Origin: a virus
Strand: one strand, 5' to 3'
IMG/VR virus record: IMGVR_UViG_3300029305_001596
Span: 1 to 42,547 of that record
DNA length: 42,547 bases
The notes under the pieces are model-generated. The model worked only from the letters and a program-made list of their open reading frames with translations. It had not been told where the DNA came from and did not search any database. Positions 10,062 through 17,694 of the stretch are shown here, in pieces. The translations under genes were made by a program, and so were the position numbers. The first letter of the stretch is position 1. Each line of letters starts with the position of its first letter.

Positions 10062-10232
10062 GGATGCCTCCTTCCAAAATTTTTACTCCCTGCCCAATGG
10101 GAATTGGGGGGTTCAGGTTACGGGCTAAAGGGTCGCGGCTCGCCGGAGTCCCAATCTCCGCCTATCCCCCCACCTGCGGCTTTTCCCCTGGTGTTTTCTC
10201 ATTCATGTGCCATAAAAAAGAGCCATTGCCCT

Positions 10233-10408
10233 TATGCATCCTTTATGCATAGCAACAGCCCTCTGACACATCTATTTGGTTGTAAACACAGCCAACTATT
10301 CGTAAAAGAACGCTTTCACGAATAGTTACAGCAACGCAAACCATTGATTTATAAGGGTTTCTGGAATATGCACAGTTTATGCAGTTTATTCACTGCGAAA
10401 ACTATGCA
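10233..10408. repeat. Five TATGCA motifs plus tandem CAGTTTAT x2 and a 9-bp inverted repeat in the TerS-TerL gap
   Basis: TATGCA at 10233, 10244, 10367, 10378 and 10403. CAGTTTAT at 10373 and 10382. AACTATTCG...CGAATAGTT at about 10293-10327. Confidence 0.7.
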
Positions 10409-10412
10409 CTTC

Positions 10413-10811
10413 TTATTCATCCTCAGGCTGCTGCGGCATGCCGATCACAGGCAACTGCTGCCCATTCTCAAAGCGCACCACAACGTCGTTCTCATCAGCG
10501 CCCATGATGCCAGGGCCGAACCGGTTGGCGATTTCGCGTGCAGCGTTCTGTCCCAGCCACTCTTTGCCCTTGGTTTCGCCCTTGCGCACCTGTTTGACAA
10601 GAAGTCGGATGCTGTCAGCGAACCCAGGCAGCACCATGGTTTTGATCATTTCACGGTACTCTGCAAGGATCGTCGGGTCCTTCATCCACGCGGCCACAGT
10701 GTTGCGTTCAACGCCAAGCTCCGCAGCGATAGACATGTATGTATGCTCACCAGAAGCCAGCATATGTGCGGCCTGAATGGCCTTTGCGCGGTATCGTTTT
10801 TGTACAGGCAT
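10413..10811 (-). CDS. terS: Terminase small subunit, putative (132 aa)
   Basis: ATG 10811 lies 8 nt after GGGAGG. N-terminal HTH YMSIAAELGVERNTVAAWMKD. First gene of the late operon, upstream of terL. Confidence 0.6.
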   Translation of the reverse strand: MPVQKRYRAKAIQAAHMLASGEHTYMSIAAELGVERNTVAAWMKDPTILAEYREMIKTMVLPGFADSIRLLVKQVRKGETKGKEWLGQNAAREIANRFGPGIMGADENDVVVRFENGQQLPVIGMPQQPEDE

Positions 10812-10930
10812 TCCTTTCACCTCCCACCATGCTCCATCGAGCGCGAATTTAACATTCCCTTTCTCCTCCCTTTCCCCATTCCCTTACCAACGAGGAAAGT
10901 GTTGTCCTGCCTGTGTTTTCCTCAACTCAG

Positions 10931-10972
10931 ACAAAACAAAAAAACGCATTGTTTTCTCAACAACACGTTTTT
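10931..10972 (-). terminator. Intrinsic terminator inside the late-operon leader
   Basis: 14-bp stem (10940-10953 / 10959-10972). Its two non-Watson-Crick pairs are G:U only on the minus-strand RNA. Followed on minus by TTGTTTTGT. Confidence 0.65.
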
Positions 10973-11108
10973 GACAAAACAGCGGGGTGCGATGATCCTG
11001 AACAAGGATATAGCTCCCCCCGATAATGGCCGCTGGCTGCGTGCGACGCGGCCTTTTAAGGTGGCCGGTCGCCTGCCGGTGGTGGCTTGTCCTCCGCGGC
11101 CTGCCGCC

Positions 11109-11162
11109 ATTATACAGTATATTTTAGACGGTAGATGACATTCAATAGCAAAACATGACATT
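11109..11162 (-). promoter_or_regulatory. Candidate late promoter: -10 TATAAT with no -35, plus upstream direct repeats ATGACATT x2
   Basis: attata at 11109-11114 (TATAAT on minus). ATGACATT(C/G)A at 11135 and 11155, 20 bp apart. Located between the ArpU-like gene and terS. Confidence 0.45.
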
Positions 11163-11220
11163 GACTGCCAAAATTGTTACGAAATTCTTAACAATCACAG
11201 TTCATTACCACCAGAATGGC

Positions 11221-11251
11221 AAAAGCCGGGGGATTAACCTCCGGCTTTTTT
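11221..11251. terminator. Bidirectional-looking hairpin terminator overlapping the stop of the ArpU-like gene
   Basis: 9-bp stem 11224-11232 / 11238-11246 flanked by AAAA and TTTTTT. On the minus strand it is followed by TTTTG. Confidence 0.55.
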
Positions 11252-11641
11252 CAGTGCTTCGTCTCTCAGCCTGTATACATGGCGCAGGCTTGTCTTCAGC
11301 ATACTGGCCACATCTTCCCACTTCAGTCCACCCATCATGTAGTACAGCTCCAGCACTGCACGCTGCTCTGGCACATCAATCCTGTTTATGATCTCCCTGG
11401 CCTGCTTCTGCAGCTTCGTCAGCTCATCCAGTTCCTTGGCAAACATCCGCTGTATATCCACCAGCTGTATCACATATCGCTCCTGCTTGCCTGTGTTGTC
11501 GGTTGCATGGGGCATATCATTCCAGCTTCCCGTCACTTTCACAGCCATTTCCCTGTAGTATTCCATCTTGGTCGCCAGTGCCATGCACAGTGTCGCTGTC
11601 TCCCGTACACGGCACAGTATGTCTACCTCGCCTATACTCAC
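11234..11641 (-). CDS. ArpU/RinA-type late transcriptional activator (sigma-70 region-4-like HTH), 135 aa
   Basis: C-terminal EQRAVLELYYMMGGLKWEDVASMLKTSLRHVYRLRDEALKK. Last early gene before the packaging genes. Start codon uncertain (GTG 11641). Confidence 0.6.
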   Translation of the reverse strand: MSIGEVDILCRVRETATLCMALATKMEYYREMAVKVTGSWNDMPHATDNTGKQERYVIQLVDIQRMFAKELDELTKLQKQAREIINRIDVPEQRAVLELYYMMGGLKWEDVASMLKTSLRHVYRLRDEALKKAGG

Positions 11642-11754
11642 ACCTCCCTGTGAAGGCTGCGCTCTGCCTCAAACCCTTCCGGGTATCTCAGCACCAGCTT
11701 GGCAATGTTCTGGTTGGCTATATCAGCCAGGTTCCAGCCATTTGCCGTGCAGAA
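11638..11754 (-). other. In-frame continuation of the MazG-like reading frame after the TAG at 11755-11757
   Basis: Hand translation gives FCTANGWNLADIANQNIAKLVLRYPEGFEAERSLHREV then TGA (11638-11640). This is the expected MazG C-terminal helix pair. Confidence 0.75.
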
Positions 11755-11955
11755 CTACGCTATGAACCACAGCAGGTCGCCTGTCTCCTTCTGCAGCTCC
11801 ACTTCGTCTATCTCGTGGCCCTGATACTGCTTCTGGTAGATGCTGTGGATCTCACCGATCTCTCCCACCATACCATGCAGCGCATGGGCCATCTGTTCCC
11901 TGCTGCCAAGCTTATGGTTGATCGTCCTTGCGGCCAGTCTCTGGTATTCGTTCAT
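11755..11955 (-). CDS. mazG: MazG-like nucleoside triphosphate pyrophosphohydrolase, N-terminal 66 aa up to an in-frame amber codon
   Basis: YQRLAARTI...HALHGMVGEIGEI...LQKETGDLLWFIA is the MazG EExxE/GD-LW pattern. The ORF stops at TAG but the frame stays open. Confidence 0.75.
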   Translation of the reverse strand: MNEYQRLAARTINHKLGSREQMAHALHGMVGEIGEIHSIYQKQYQGHEIDEVELQKETGDLLWFIA

Positions 11956-12275
11956 GCTACCTTGCCCTCCCTGAACAGCCTGTCGTAGATCATGCGGATC
12001 TCTTCGCTTTTAAGGCCTGTTTTCTGCCGTATAACAGCTATGCTGTGGAATGCCCCTGCCCTGCGTATATAGTCCACGCTATCCCCTTCAAAACGCAGAT
12101 TTTCGCGTTTCTGTTCACCTCGGTATCCCTGAAGGTTTGCAGGTCGCTTTGTCCCATCAGGGATCAGCCATGTCCCGTCAACCTTCTTTGCTCCCGGCAA
12201 CCTCCCGCTGCGGCACCAGTGGCTTACCACCTGTCTGCTCACACCATACGCCTTGCAGGCCTCGCTCATCGTCAT
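11952..12275 (-). CDS. HTH DNA-binding protein (107 aa), MerR/excisionase-like
   Basis: ATG 12275 in ATGA overlap with the upstream stop. MSEACKAYGVSRQVVSHWCRSGRLPGAKKVDGTWLIP. Confidence 0.6.
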   Translation of the reverse strand: MTMSEACKAYGVSRQVVSHWCRSGRLPGAKKVDGTWLIPDGTKRPANLQGYRGEQKRENLRFEGDSVDYIRRAGAFHSIAVIRQKTGLKSEEIRMIYDRLFREGKVA

Positions 12276-12523
12276 GCGCTTATCTCCTTGTATGTCTTCA
12301 ATGTTCCTTCTCTGGTGTTCCCGTGGCACATTTCTTTTACTTCAGGCTCGAACAGGGCGCTCACGTCATCCACACACCAGAACTCAACGCCGTCTCTGTC
12401 CACGCCATGCAGCATATAATGCCCTCCAAAACGGCTTTCCTTCAGTGTTTCCACAACCCTTATCTTCCTGTCACCGTGCCAGAAATGATAGGCCCCAATG
12501 GCCTCTTTCCACGTTTTATGCAT
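12272..12523 (-). CDS. Hypothetical early protein (83 aa)
   Basis: ATG 12523 overlaps the upstream gene by 8 nt. The longer ORF-track version is Cys/Arg-rich out-of-context sequence. Confidence 0.5.
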   Translation of the reverse strand: MHKTWKEAIGAYHFWHGDRKIRVVETLKESRFGGHYMLHGVDRDGVEFWCVDDVSALFEPEVKEMCHGNTREGTLKTYKEISA

Positions 12524-12704
12524 GGTCCATCCACTCCAACAGTTTTTTCGCGCACTCAGGGCACAGATCCCGCATGTCCTGCACATAGTCTTCGGTATAG
12601 CGGAACGTTTCAACGCCTGCGTAATGCACTGCGTACTTCACTTTCCTGGCATTGTCGTAATCCTTGATTTCAGCGCCGCACCGATCACAAAGCCTTTTGA
12701 TCAT
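12516..12704 (-). CDS. Small zinc-ribbon protein (62 aa)
   Basis: CDRCG ... CPEC cysteine pairs. 4-nt overlap with the upstream gene. Confidence 0.55.
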   Translation of the reverse strand: MIKRLCDRCGAEIKDYDNARKVKYAVHYAGVETFRYTEDYVQDMRDLCPECAKKLLEWMDHA

Positions 12705-12904
12705 TCTTTCATTTCCTCCTTCCAGTCATCGATTTCCCATTCCACAGGAACACCGACCGTCATGCCATCCTCATCTTCGTACAGAGGGCAGTACGGAATG
12801 TGTGCGTCTTCCTGCATTTTGTGTAACGGACATTTTGCGCAGCAAGTGTTCCGGCACATATCCTTTACCTCCACCAGCGCCCTTTTGAGTTTCTCAATCT
12901 TCAT
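12701..12904 (-). CDS. Small Cys-rich protein (67 aa)
   Basis: ATG 12904 in ATGA overlap. CRNTCCAKCPLH...YCP. Confidence 0.5.
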   Translation of the reverse strand: MKIEKLKRALVEVKDMCRNTCCAKCPLHKMQEDAHIPYCPLYEDEDGMTVGVPVEWEIDDWKEEMKE

Positions 12905-13041
12905 TTCTTCAGCACCTCCACACAGCACTTGGCGCAGATCAGCAGAATGAACAACGCCCCTACGGGAACAGGATCATTGTAGGTGTACAGCAGCCTTATA
13001 ACCAGCCAGATGCCAGAGCCTGCAATGGCAAGGTTAATCAT
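12901..13041 (-). CDS. Small two-helix membrane peptide (46 aa), below the ORF-track cutoff
   Basis: Hand translation: MINLAIAGSGIWLVIRLLYTYNDPVPVGALFILLICAKCCVEVLKK. ATGA overlaps at both ends fill an otherwise empty gap. Confidence 0.55.
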   Translation of the reverse strand: MINLAIAGSGIWLVIRLLYTYNDPVPVGALFILLICAKCCVEVLKK

Positions 13042-13244
13042 CGTGCTCCCTCCAGTTCATCAATCGTCTTCTCACGGGAATCACACAGTGCCTGGGCAGT
13101 GATAAGCTTTTGTTTCAGCACCACATTCTCGCGTTCCAGCACCAGGTTCCGGCCTGTAAGTTCCAACACCTGCATAGAAAGCGCCCGGTGCTCCTGCTTC
13201 AGCCACTCATACTCCGACAGGCTTACATTGACTGTTTTGGCCAT
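13038..13244 (-). CDS. Small coiled-coil protein (68 aa)
   Basis: ATG 13244 lies 7 nt after GGGGAGG. Heptad-like LKQEHRALSMQVLELTGRNLVLERENVVLKQKL. Confidence 0.5.
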   Translation of the reverse strand: MAKTVNVSLSEYEWLKQEHRALSMQVLELTGRNLVLERENVVLKQKLITAQALCDSREKTIDELEGAR

Positions 13245-14697
13245 CCTTGATCCTCCCCAAAACATCCACTGCGCATGGAAGCGCAATTCCGTTTCCCCAC
13301 ATCTTGTATCTGGCGCTGTCGCTTCCTTCCACGCCGTCCTCCCACCAATCGGGGAAACCCTGCAAGCGGCAGCATTCAAGAGGCGTCAGGCGGCGCACGA
13401 TATACTTTCTTGGCGGTTCGCCAATGTCTACTTTGATCGGAACCTGATTACCAACGGTCCCCATACGATGCTGAAGGGTTGGTGTGACATTCTGGCATTC
13501 GCGGATCACATCGTTTGCATGGGTCATGTCATAACAGACCAGATCGGTTGCATCCTTGTAATCTCTTGCTTTTAAGGAAGATGCTTTTCCGCTTTCGCCG
13601 TATTGCCCAATTCTTTGCATGTCATACACAACAAGATTCGCTTTTGTAGAGTCACCGCCGCACGGGGTTCTGAGCGTTTGAGCAATTTCCCCTTGATTCC
13701 ACCAGCCTTGGCCGGTGTTTTGACAGCAGGCTGTTTTTTCGTACACAACCCCGTGCCGCTCAATGGTGTTCAATGTGAACATGGTATCCGTATGTTTCCA
13801 GCCGTTGCCTTTGTTGGAATCCCTGGTCCCATTGCCTTCAAGCGCATACAGAACGCTTGGCGTATAGTTAAGACTGAAACCTCCACCGGCTTTCGCTTGC
13901 AGTGTGTGCGTCTTTTCACAATCCAAAGCAGAATTTCTGCAATCAACGCCGTAAGTTACGCCCCGATTTTCACTGCTTCTTCCAACGCTTCCTTCAGCAT
14001 TTTCGGCAGTTCCTTCCCGCGCTTCTCTGCCCTTCGCAGAATCCCCGAACATGCTCTCGCGCTCAAATAGTATTTCTCCGGCGCGTTCGCTTCCAAAATC
14101 TGCGATAAGGTAGATTCTCTTTCTGCGCTGGGGAACTCCCCAGTATTGAGTGTCGTAGGTTCGCCATGCAATGCTCCAGCCATCCCCCACGATGCATCCG
14201 GCTTTCTTCCACTTTCCTTTTTCAGGCATAGGAACATGTACGTCGTTTCCGCGCACATCGCAGAGGGCTTGGAGCACTGCTTGGAAGTCTGCTCCCTTGT
14301 TGCTGGAATAGGCCCCGGGTACGTTCTCCCACACGGCAAACCGAGGTCTGCAAAGCTCATCTGCCCTGTCATCTGCTCTGTCACGTTCTCTCATCTCCTT
14401 TATGATCCTGATAGCCTCAAAGAAAAGGTTGCTTCGCTCGCCGTCATGGATCCCGGCTTGCTTTCCCGCAACGCTCAGATCCTGACACGGGCTTCCGAAG
14501 GTAATTACATCCACCGGTTCGATCGCCGCGCCGTTGATCTTGGTCACATCGCCCAGTTGGATCATGTTGGGAAACCTTGCCGCTGTTACCTTCAGCGGAT
14601 ACGGCTCGATTTCGCTTGCCCACACAGGCTCCATGCCGTTGATCACGCCAGCCAGCGGAAAACCGCCTGAACCATCAAACAAACTGCCGATTTTCAC
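13207..14697 (-). CDS. DNA (cytosine-5) methyltransferase, orphan, long variable region (496 aa)
   Basis: Motif I FDGSGG, IV GSPCQDLS, VI ENVPG, VIII QRRKRIYL, IX TPLECCRLQGFP, X GNGIALP. About 240 aa lie between motifs VIII and IX. Confidence 0.95.
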   Translation of the reverse strand: MKIGSLFDGSGGFPLAGVINGMEPVWASEIEPYPLKVTAARFPNMIQLGDVTKINGAAIEPVDVITFGSPCQDLSVAGKQAGIHDGERSNLFFEAIRIIKEMRERDRADDRADELCRPRFAVWENVPGAYSSNKGADFQAVLQALCDVRGNDVHVPMPEKGKWKKAGCIVGDGWSIAWRTYDTQYWGVPQRRKRIYLIADFGSERAGEILFERESMFGDSAKGREAREGTAENAEGSVGRSSENRGVTYGVDCRNSALDCEKTHTLQAKAGGGFSLNYTPSVLYALEGNGTRDSNKGNGWKHTDTMFTLNTIERHGVVYEKTACCQNTGQGWWNQGEIAQTLRTPCGGDSTKANLVVYDMQRIGQYGESGKASSLKARDYKDATDLVCYDMTHANDVIRECQNVTPTLQHRMGTVGNQVPIKVDIGEPPRKYIVRRLTPLECCRLQGFPDWWEDGVEGSDSARYKMWGNGIALPCAVDVLGRIKDGQNSQCKPVGV

Positions 14698-14701
14698 GCC
14701 C

Positions 14702-15202
14702 TCACCCCTTCAAAAACTGATAAGGGCACTCAGCGCCCAGCCCGTTTTCGCTCACGCCGCTTCTCACCAGCGCCTTGCGGATCTCGCACCCCTTTACCAT
14801 GGCACTGTTCACATATCGGTTGCCATCGTCATCCTCGCTGATGCAGGGGCATTCCAGATCACACTTTTCCAGCACCGGGGCTATCAGCGTTTGGGCGTCC
14901 GCCTGCGTCATGATGATCATGTCCTCCGGGTGCTTCCTCACCGCGCCAAACTGCAGGTGCAGCCTGCTCATGCGGGTCAGGATCATGGCTTTCTGGTCTT
15001 CATCCGGTGCTTCTTCCATCACGGCCTCAACCACCTTGCCAATGATCTTCGCAGCGCCCTTTGCCAGGCCAATCAGCCGTCCCTTGCCCTGGTTCTTCAG
15101 CCTGCGCTCAAGCTGCGGCACCTTATCATAAAACGCATTCACGCAGCAGTTGATCGTGGTTATCGCGATCACTTCTTCGCCGTTCAGCTTGCGGTAGGTC
15201 AT
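14702..15202 (-). CDS. Hypothetical early protein (166 aa)
   Basis: ORF track; tightly packed with its neighbours. Cys-containing C-terminus (CDLECPC, GAECPY). Confidence 0.55.
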   Translation of the reverse strand: MTYRKLNGEEVIAITTINCCVNAFYDKVPQLERRLKNQGKGRLIGLAKGAAKIIGKVVEAVMEEAPDEDQKAMILTRMSRLHLQFGAVRKHPEDMIIMTQADAQTLIAPVLEKCDLECPCISEDDDGNRYVNSAMVKGCEIRKALVRSGVSENGLGAECPYQFLKG

Positions 15203-15420
15203 TTCCAGAAACTCCTTTCTGTCACGCTGCGCCTCGGCCGCCGCTTCGGCTCCGCATTGGCCAGAACATACTTGTAATCCTTCACGCCCGGTTCAAAAAC
15301 GGCGCAGCCGCCGCAGGCACGCTTGTAATACTTTTTGCTGTCCCTGTTGTGGCACAGCCCCTTGGGCAGGTTGATCGGCGCTTTCCAGTTCCACAGGCAC
15401 CCTTCGCAGCTTTCAGCCAT
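15199..15420 (-). CDS. Small Cys-rich protein (73 aa)
   Basis: CEGC ... CGGC pairs. 4-nt and 8-nt overlaps with its neighbours. Confidence 0.5.
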   Translation of the reverse strand: MAESCEGCLWNWKAPINLPKGLCHNRDSKKYYKRACGGCAVFEPGVKDYKYVLANAEPKRRPRRSVTERSFWK

Positions 15421-15736
15421 TTCGCTTCACCATCCTCAAAAAGTCGTTCAGTTTCATCGTCACCGTCCATGGCTTTCGGCTGTATCGGTGCATCACCAGC
15501 GGCACCGCATGCCCGTTGGCGTCCCGCTCCGCCTGATCCATCGCATCATTCAGCCGGAATTTTTCCGTGCGCTTGCACTCCACATGGTACTTCACGCCGC
15601 CTGCCTCAAACCCAATGTCAGGGTTGTCCGTTCCGCCCTTGAACGTCTGGTCGTTTCTGTTGGCCACCAGTCCGGCTTCCACCAGTATCGCCAGCAGCTC
15701 CCGCTCTCCTGCGCTTCCCTTGCGCTTGCTGTTCAC
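15413..15736 (-). CDS. Holliday-junction resolvase, Hjc / PD-(D/E)xK type (107 aa)
   Basis: KRKGSAGERELLAIL ... NPDIGF ... YHVECKR fits the E..PD..ExK nuclease pattern. Adjacent to dnaB. Confidence 0.65.
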   Translation of the reverse strand: MNSKRKGSAGERELLAILVEAGLVANRNDQTFKGGTDNPDIGFEAGGVKYHVECKRTEKFRLNDAMDQAERDANGHAVPLVMHRYSRKPWTVTMKLNDFLRMVKRNG

Positions 15737-17041
15737 TCAATCCCTCCTGTGCGTCAGGCAGGTGTATTTCATCCTGCGCGGCTCAAATCTGGTGCAGAAA
15801 CTGCCGCAGGGGCCGTCTCTGTGCTTTGCAACGTCCACAGCGATCATCTGGTCGCCTGCGTCCATAAACCGCCTCAAAGCCTCCTGAGAGCGGCAATACG
15901 GGTCGCTTGGGCTTTCCACCCTGTGCAGGAAGATCACCTTGTCCGCATCCTGCTCCAGGCTGCCGGATCCGCGAAGCTCCTGCAGGGTCGGCATTCGCAT
16001 CGAACTGCCTTCCTGACGCTTCACCTGTGCCAGAACCACCACGGGGATCTGCAATTCCAGCGCCAGCCGCTTCAGCTTGCCGCTGATCTTTGTGATACGG
16101 ATATTGTCGTTCTCGCACCGCGCCTTGGTGTCCATGATCTGTATGTAGTCCACCACCAGCAGGTCCAGACCACGGCTGTCCTTTTCGGCTACGCAGGTGG
16201 AGTACAGGTCCTCCACATAGTTGCTGTCGAAGGTGAATACCACGCCCATGCGGCTCATCTCTTCCAGCGCGTCACCCAGGGCAGCCCATTGCTGCTCAGT
16301 CAGCCGCGCCTTCTTGATGTCGCTGGATGAAATGCCGGTGATCTCACTGGCCACACGCTGCGCATACTGCACATCGCTCATCTCGCAGCTGCACACCAGC
16401 GTCCGCTTGCCCTGCCGTGCTGCAGCCAGCGCAATGCTCATGCCAAAGGTGCTCTTGCCCACCGCAGGCCTTGCGCCAACGATCACGATATCGCCCTGCG
16501 ATAACCCGCCAAGCATCTCGTCAAGGTCGGGCAGCCCCGTCTTCACTTCGCTCAGTTCACCGTGGGAAATGGCCTCCAGACGGTCAAACATCCGCATCGC
16601 CGCATCACCAATGGTGCTCACATTGCCCTTGGCCACGCTCATCCTGCGCATGCCTTCCCGGCAGTCATCCATCACCGCCTGCATGTCCTCTGTCTCCAGC
16701 CGCCTGGCGCAGTCCAGGTACATCCTGTGCAGCTTGCGCTTCCGGCTGGCCAGGATCAGGTCTCTGGCGTACTGCTCCGCGTGCCACACGCTGCCCTCGC
16801 GGCTCAGGTCGATCATGTACTTCAAGAACTCCCGCGCATCCACGCCCGTTGTCTTTTCGGCAAGGTAGGTGGGGTCTATCGGCTTACCCTGCTGTTTGCA
16901 CCGCAAAATCTCGCCGTAAACCGCCCTGTTGACGTCGCTTTCAAAGCAATCCTCATCCAGCCTGTCAACCAGCTTAATCAGGCTCTTTTCGCTGATGATC
17001 GCGCCCAGCAGCATCCGCTCTTTCTGGTAGGTGTCAATCAT
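15737..17041 (-). CDS. dnaB: Replicative DNA helicase DnaB (434 aa)
   Basis: Walker A GARPAVGKST, LVVDYIQIM, and the RecA-like C-terminal domain motifs of the DnaB family. Confidence 0.95.
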   Translation of the reverse strand: MIDTYQKERMLLGAIISEKSLIKLVDRLDEDCFESDVNRAVYGEILRCKQQGKPIDPTYLAEKTTGVDAREFLKYMIDLSREGSVWHAEQYARDLILASRKRKLHRMYLDCARRLETEDMQAVMDDCREGMRRMSVAKGNVSTIGDAAMRMFDRLEAISHGELSEVKTGLPDLDEMLGGLSQGDIVIVGARPAVGKSTFGMSIALAAARQGKRTLVCSCEMSDVQYAQRVASEITGISSSDIKKARLTEQQWAALGDALEEMSRMGVVFTFDSNYVEDLYSTCVAEKDSRGLDLLVVDYIQIMDTKARCENDNIRITKISGKLKRLALELQIPVVVLAQVKRQEGSSMRMPTLQELRGSGSLEQDADKVIFLHRVESPSDPYCRSQEALRRFMDAGDQMIAVDVAKHRDGPCGSFCTRFEPRRMKYTCLTHRRD

Positions 17042-17679
17042 CCATCATCACCCCAGTTGTCTGCCCATCTGGGCTTTTTGGCTTCAGGCTCCCATACGGG
17101 TTCTGCGCAGTGCACCTCATCTTCCCAGCGATGAGCGTTGAGCCATGTGGCAGGATGGGGGATGAATGCCCCGCCATCCTTCTGCCACTGCTGGCTTTTC
17201 TTTTGGGCTTCGATGGCTGCCAGAATCTTCTCCAGCAGCGCATCGTCTGCTTTCAGCTTCGCCCAGGCCTTCAATGCGTTGGCCTTTGCCACATGCCGAG
17301 GGTATGCCTTCCAGAAGCTCTCAAACCGCGCGTCCTCCCCCTTGGGGGATTTAGGGGGTATATATTTTTCTTTGTCTTTGTCTTGGTAGCTTTCGTAGCT
17401 TTTCGTAGAAGTTGGTATACGTTCGTCTACGATCGTAGAATATCTCTTGCTCACGTTTTGCCTGTTCTTCTCACATTTCTGCTGGTATTTCTCGCGGTCA
17501 CGGTCTATCTGCTCGCTGAATACCTCGAACAAGATCTCTTCCCTGCCCTGAAGCTTGATGGGCTCGTCTCCGCGGCTGTGTGCCAGCAGCGCTTTGAACA
17601 GCCTCCCGCACTCTGCGTCAGAGAGCTTTCCTATCGCACCTGCCATGCTGTGGTAGGCGCAGAAGTATTCCCTCGCCAT
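17038..17679 (-). CDS. Replisome organiser / replication initiator (DnaD-like C-terminal motif), 213 aa
   Basis: FESFWKAYPRHVAKANALKAWAKL motif common in phage replication-initiation proteins. Upstream of dnaB. Contains iteron-like DNA repeats. Confidence 0.6.
   Translation of the reverse strand: MAREYFCAYHSMAGAIGKLSDAECGRLFKALLAHSRGDEPIKLQGREEILFEVFSEQIDRDREKYQQKCEKNRQNVSKRYSTIVDERIPTSTKSYESYQDKDKEKYIPPKSPKGEDARFESFWKAYPRHVAKANALKAWAKLKADDALLEKILAAIEAQKKSQQWQKDGGAFIPHPATWLNAHRWEDEVHCAEPVWEPEAKKPRWADNWGDDG
17355..17440. other. Candidate origin of replication inside the organiser gene
   Basis: AT-rich GGTATATATTTTTC. Tandem CTTTGT x2. GTAGCTTT(T)C x2 with TCGTAG at 17393 and 17403. Perfect 12-bp palindrome CTACGATCGTAG at 17427-17438. 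Confidence 0.5.
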
Positions 17680-17694
17680 TTGCTTTCCCTCCGC

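Noticed and set aside
11755-11757. Genome-wide TAG reassignment (code 15-like recoding) as the explanation for the in-frame amber codon in mazG.
   Set aside because: All other long genes are intact under the standard code. The cro-like gene ends at a TAG (22219-22221), followed by sequence that does not look coding. Neither phage tRNA has a CUA anticodon. A local event is more likely.
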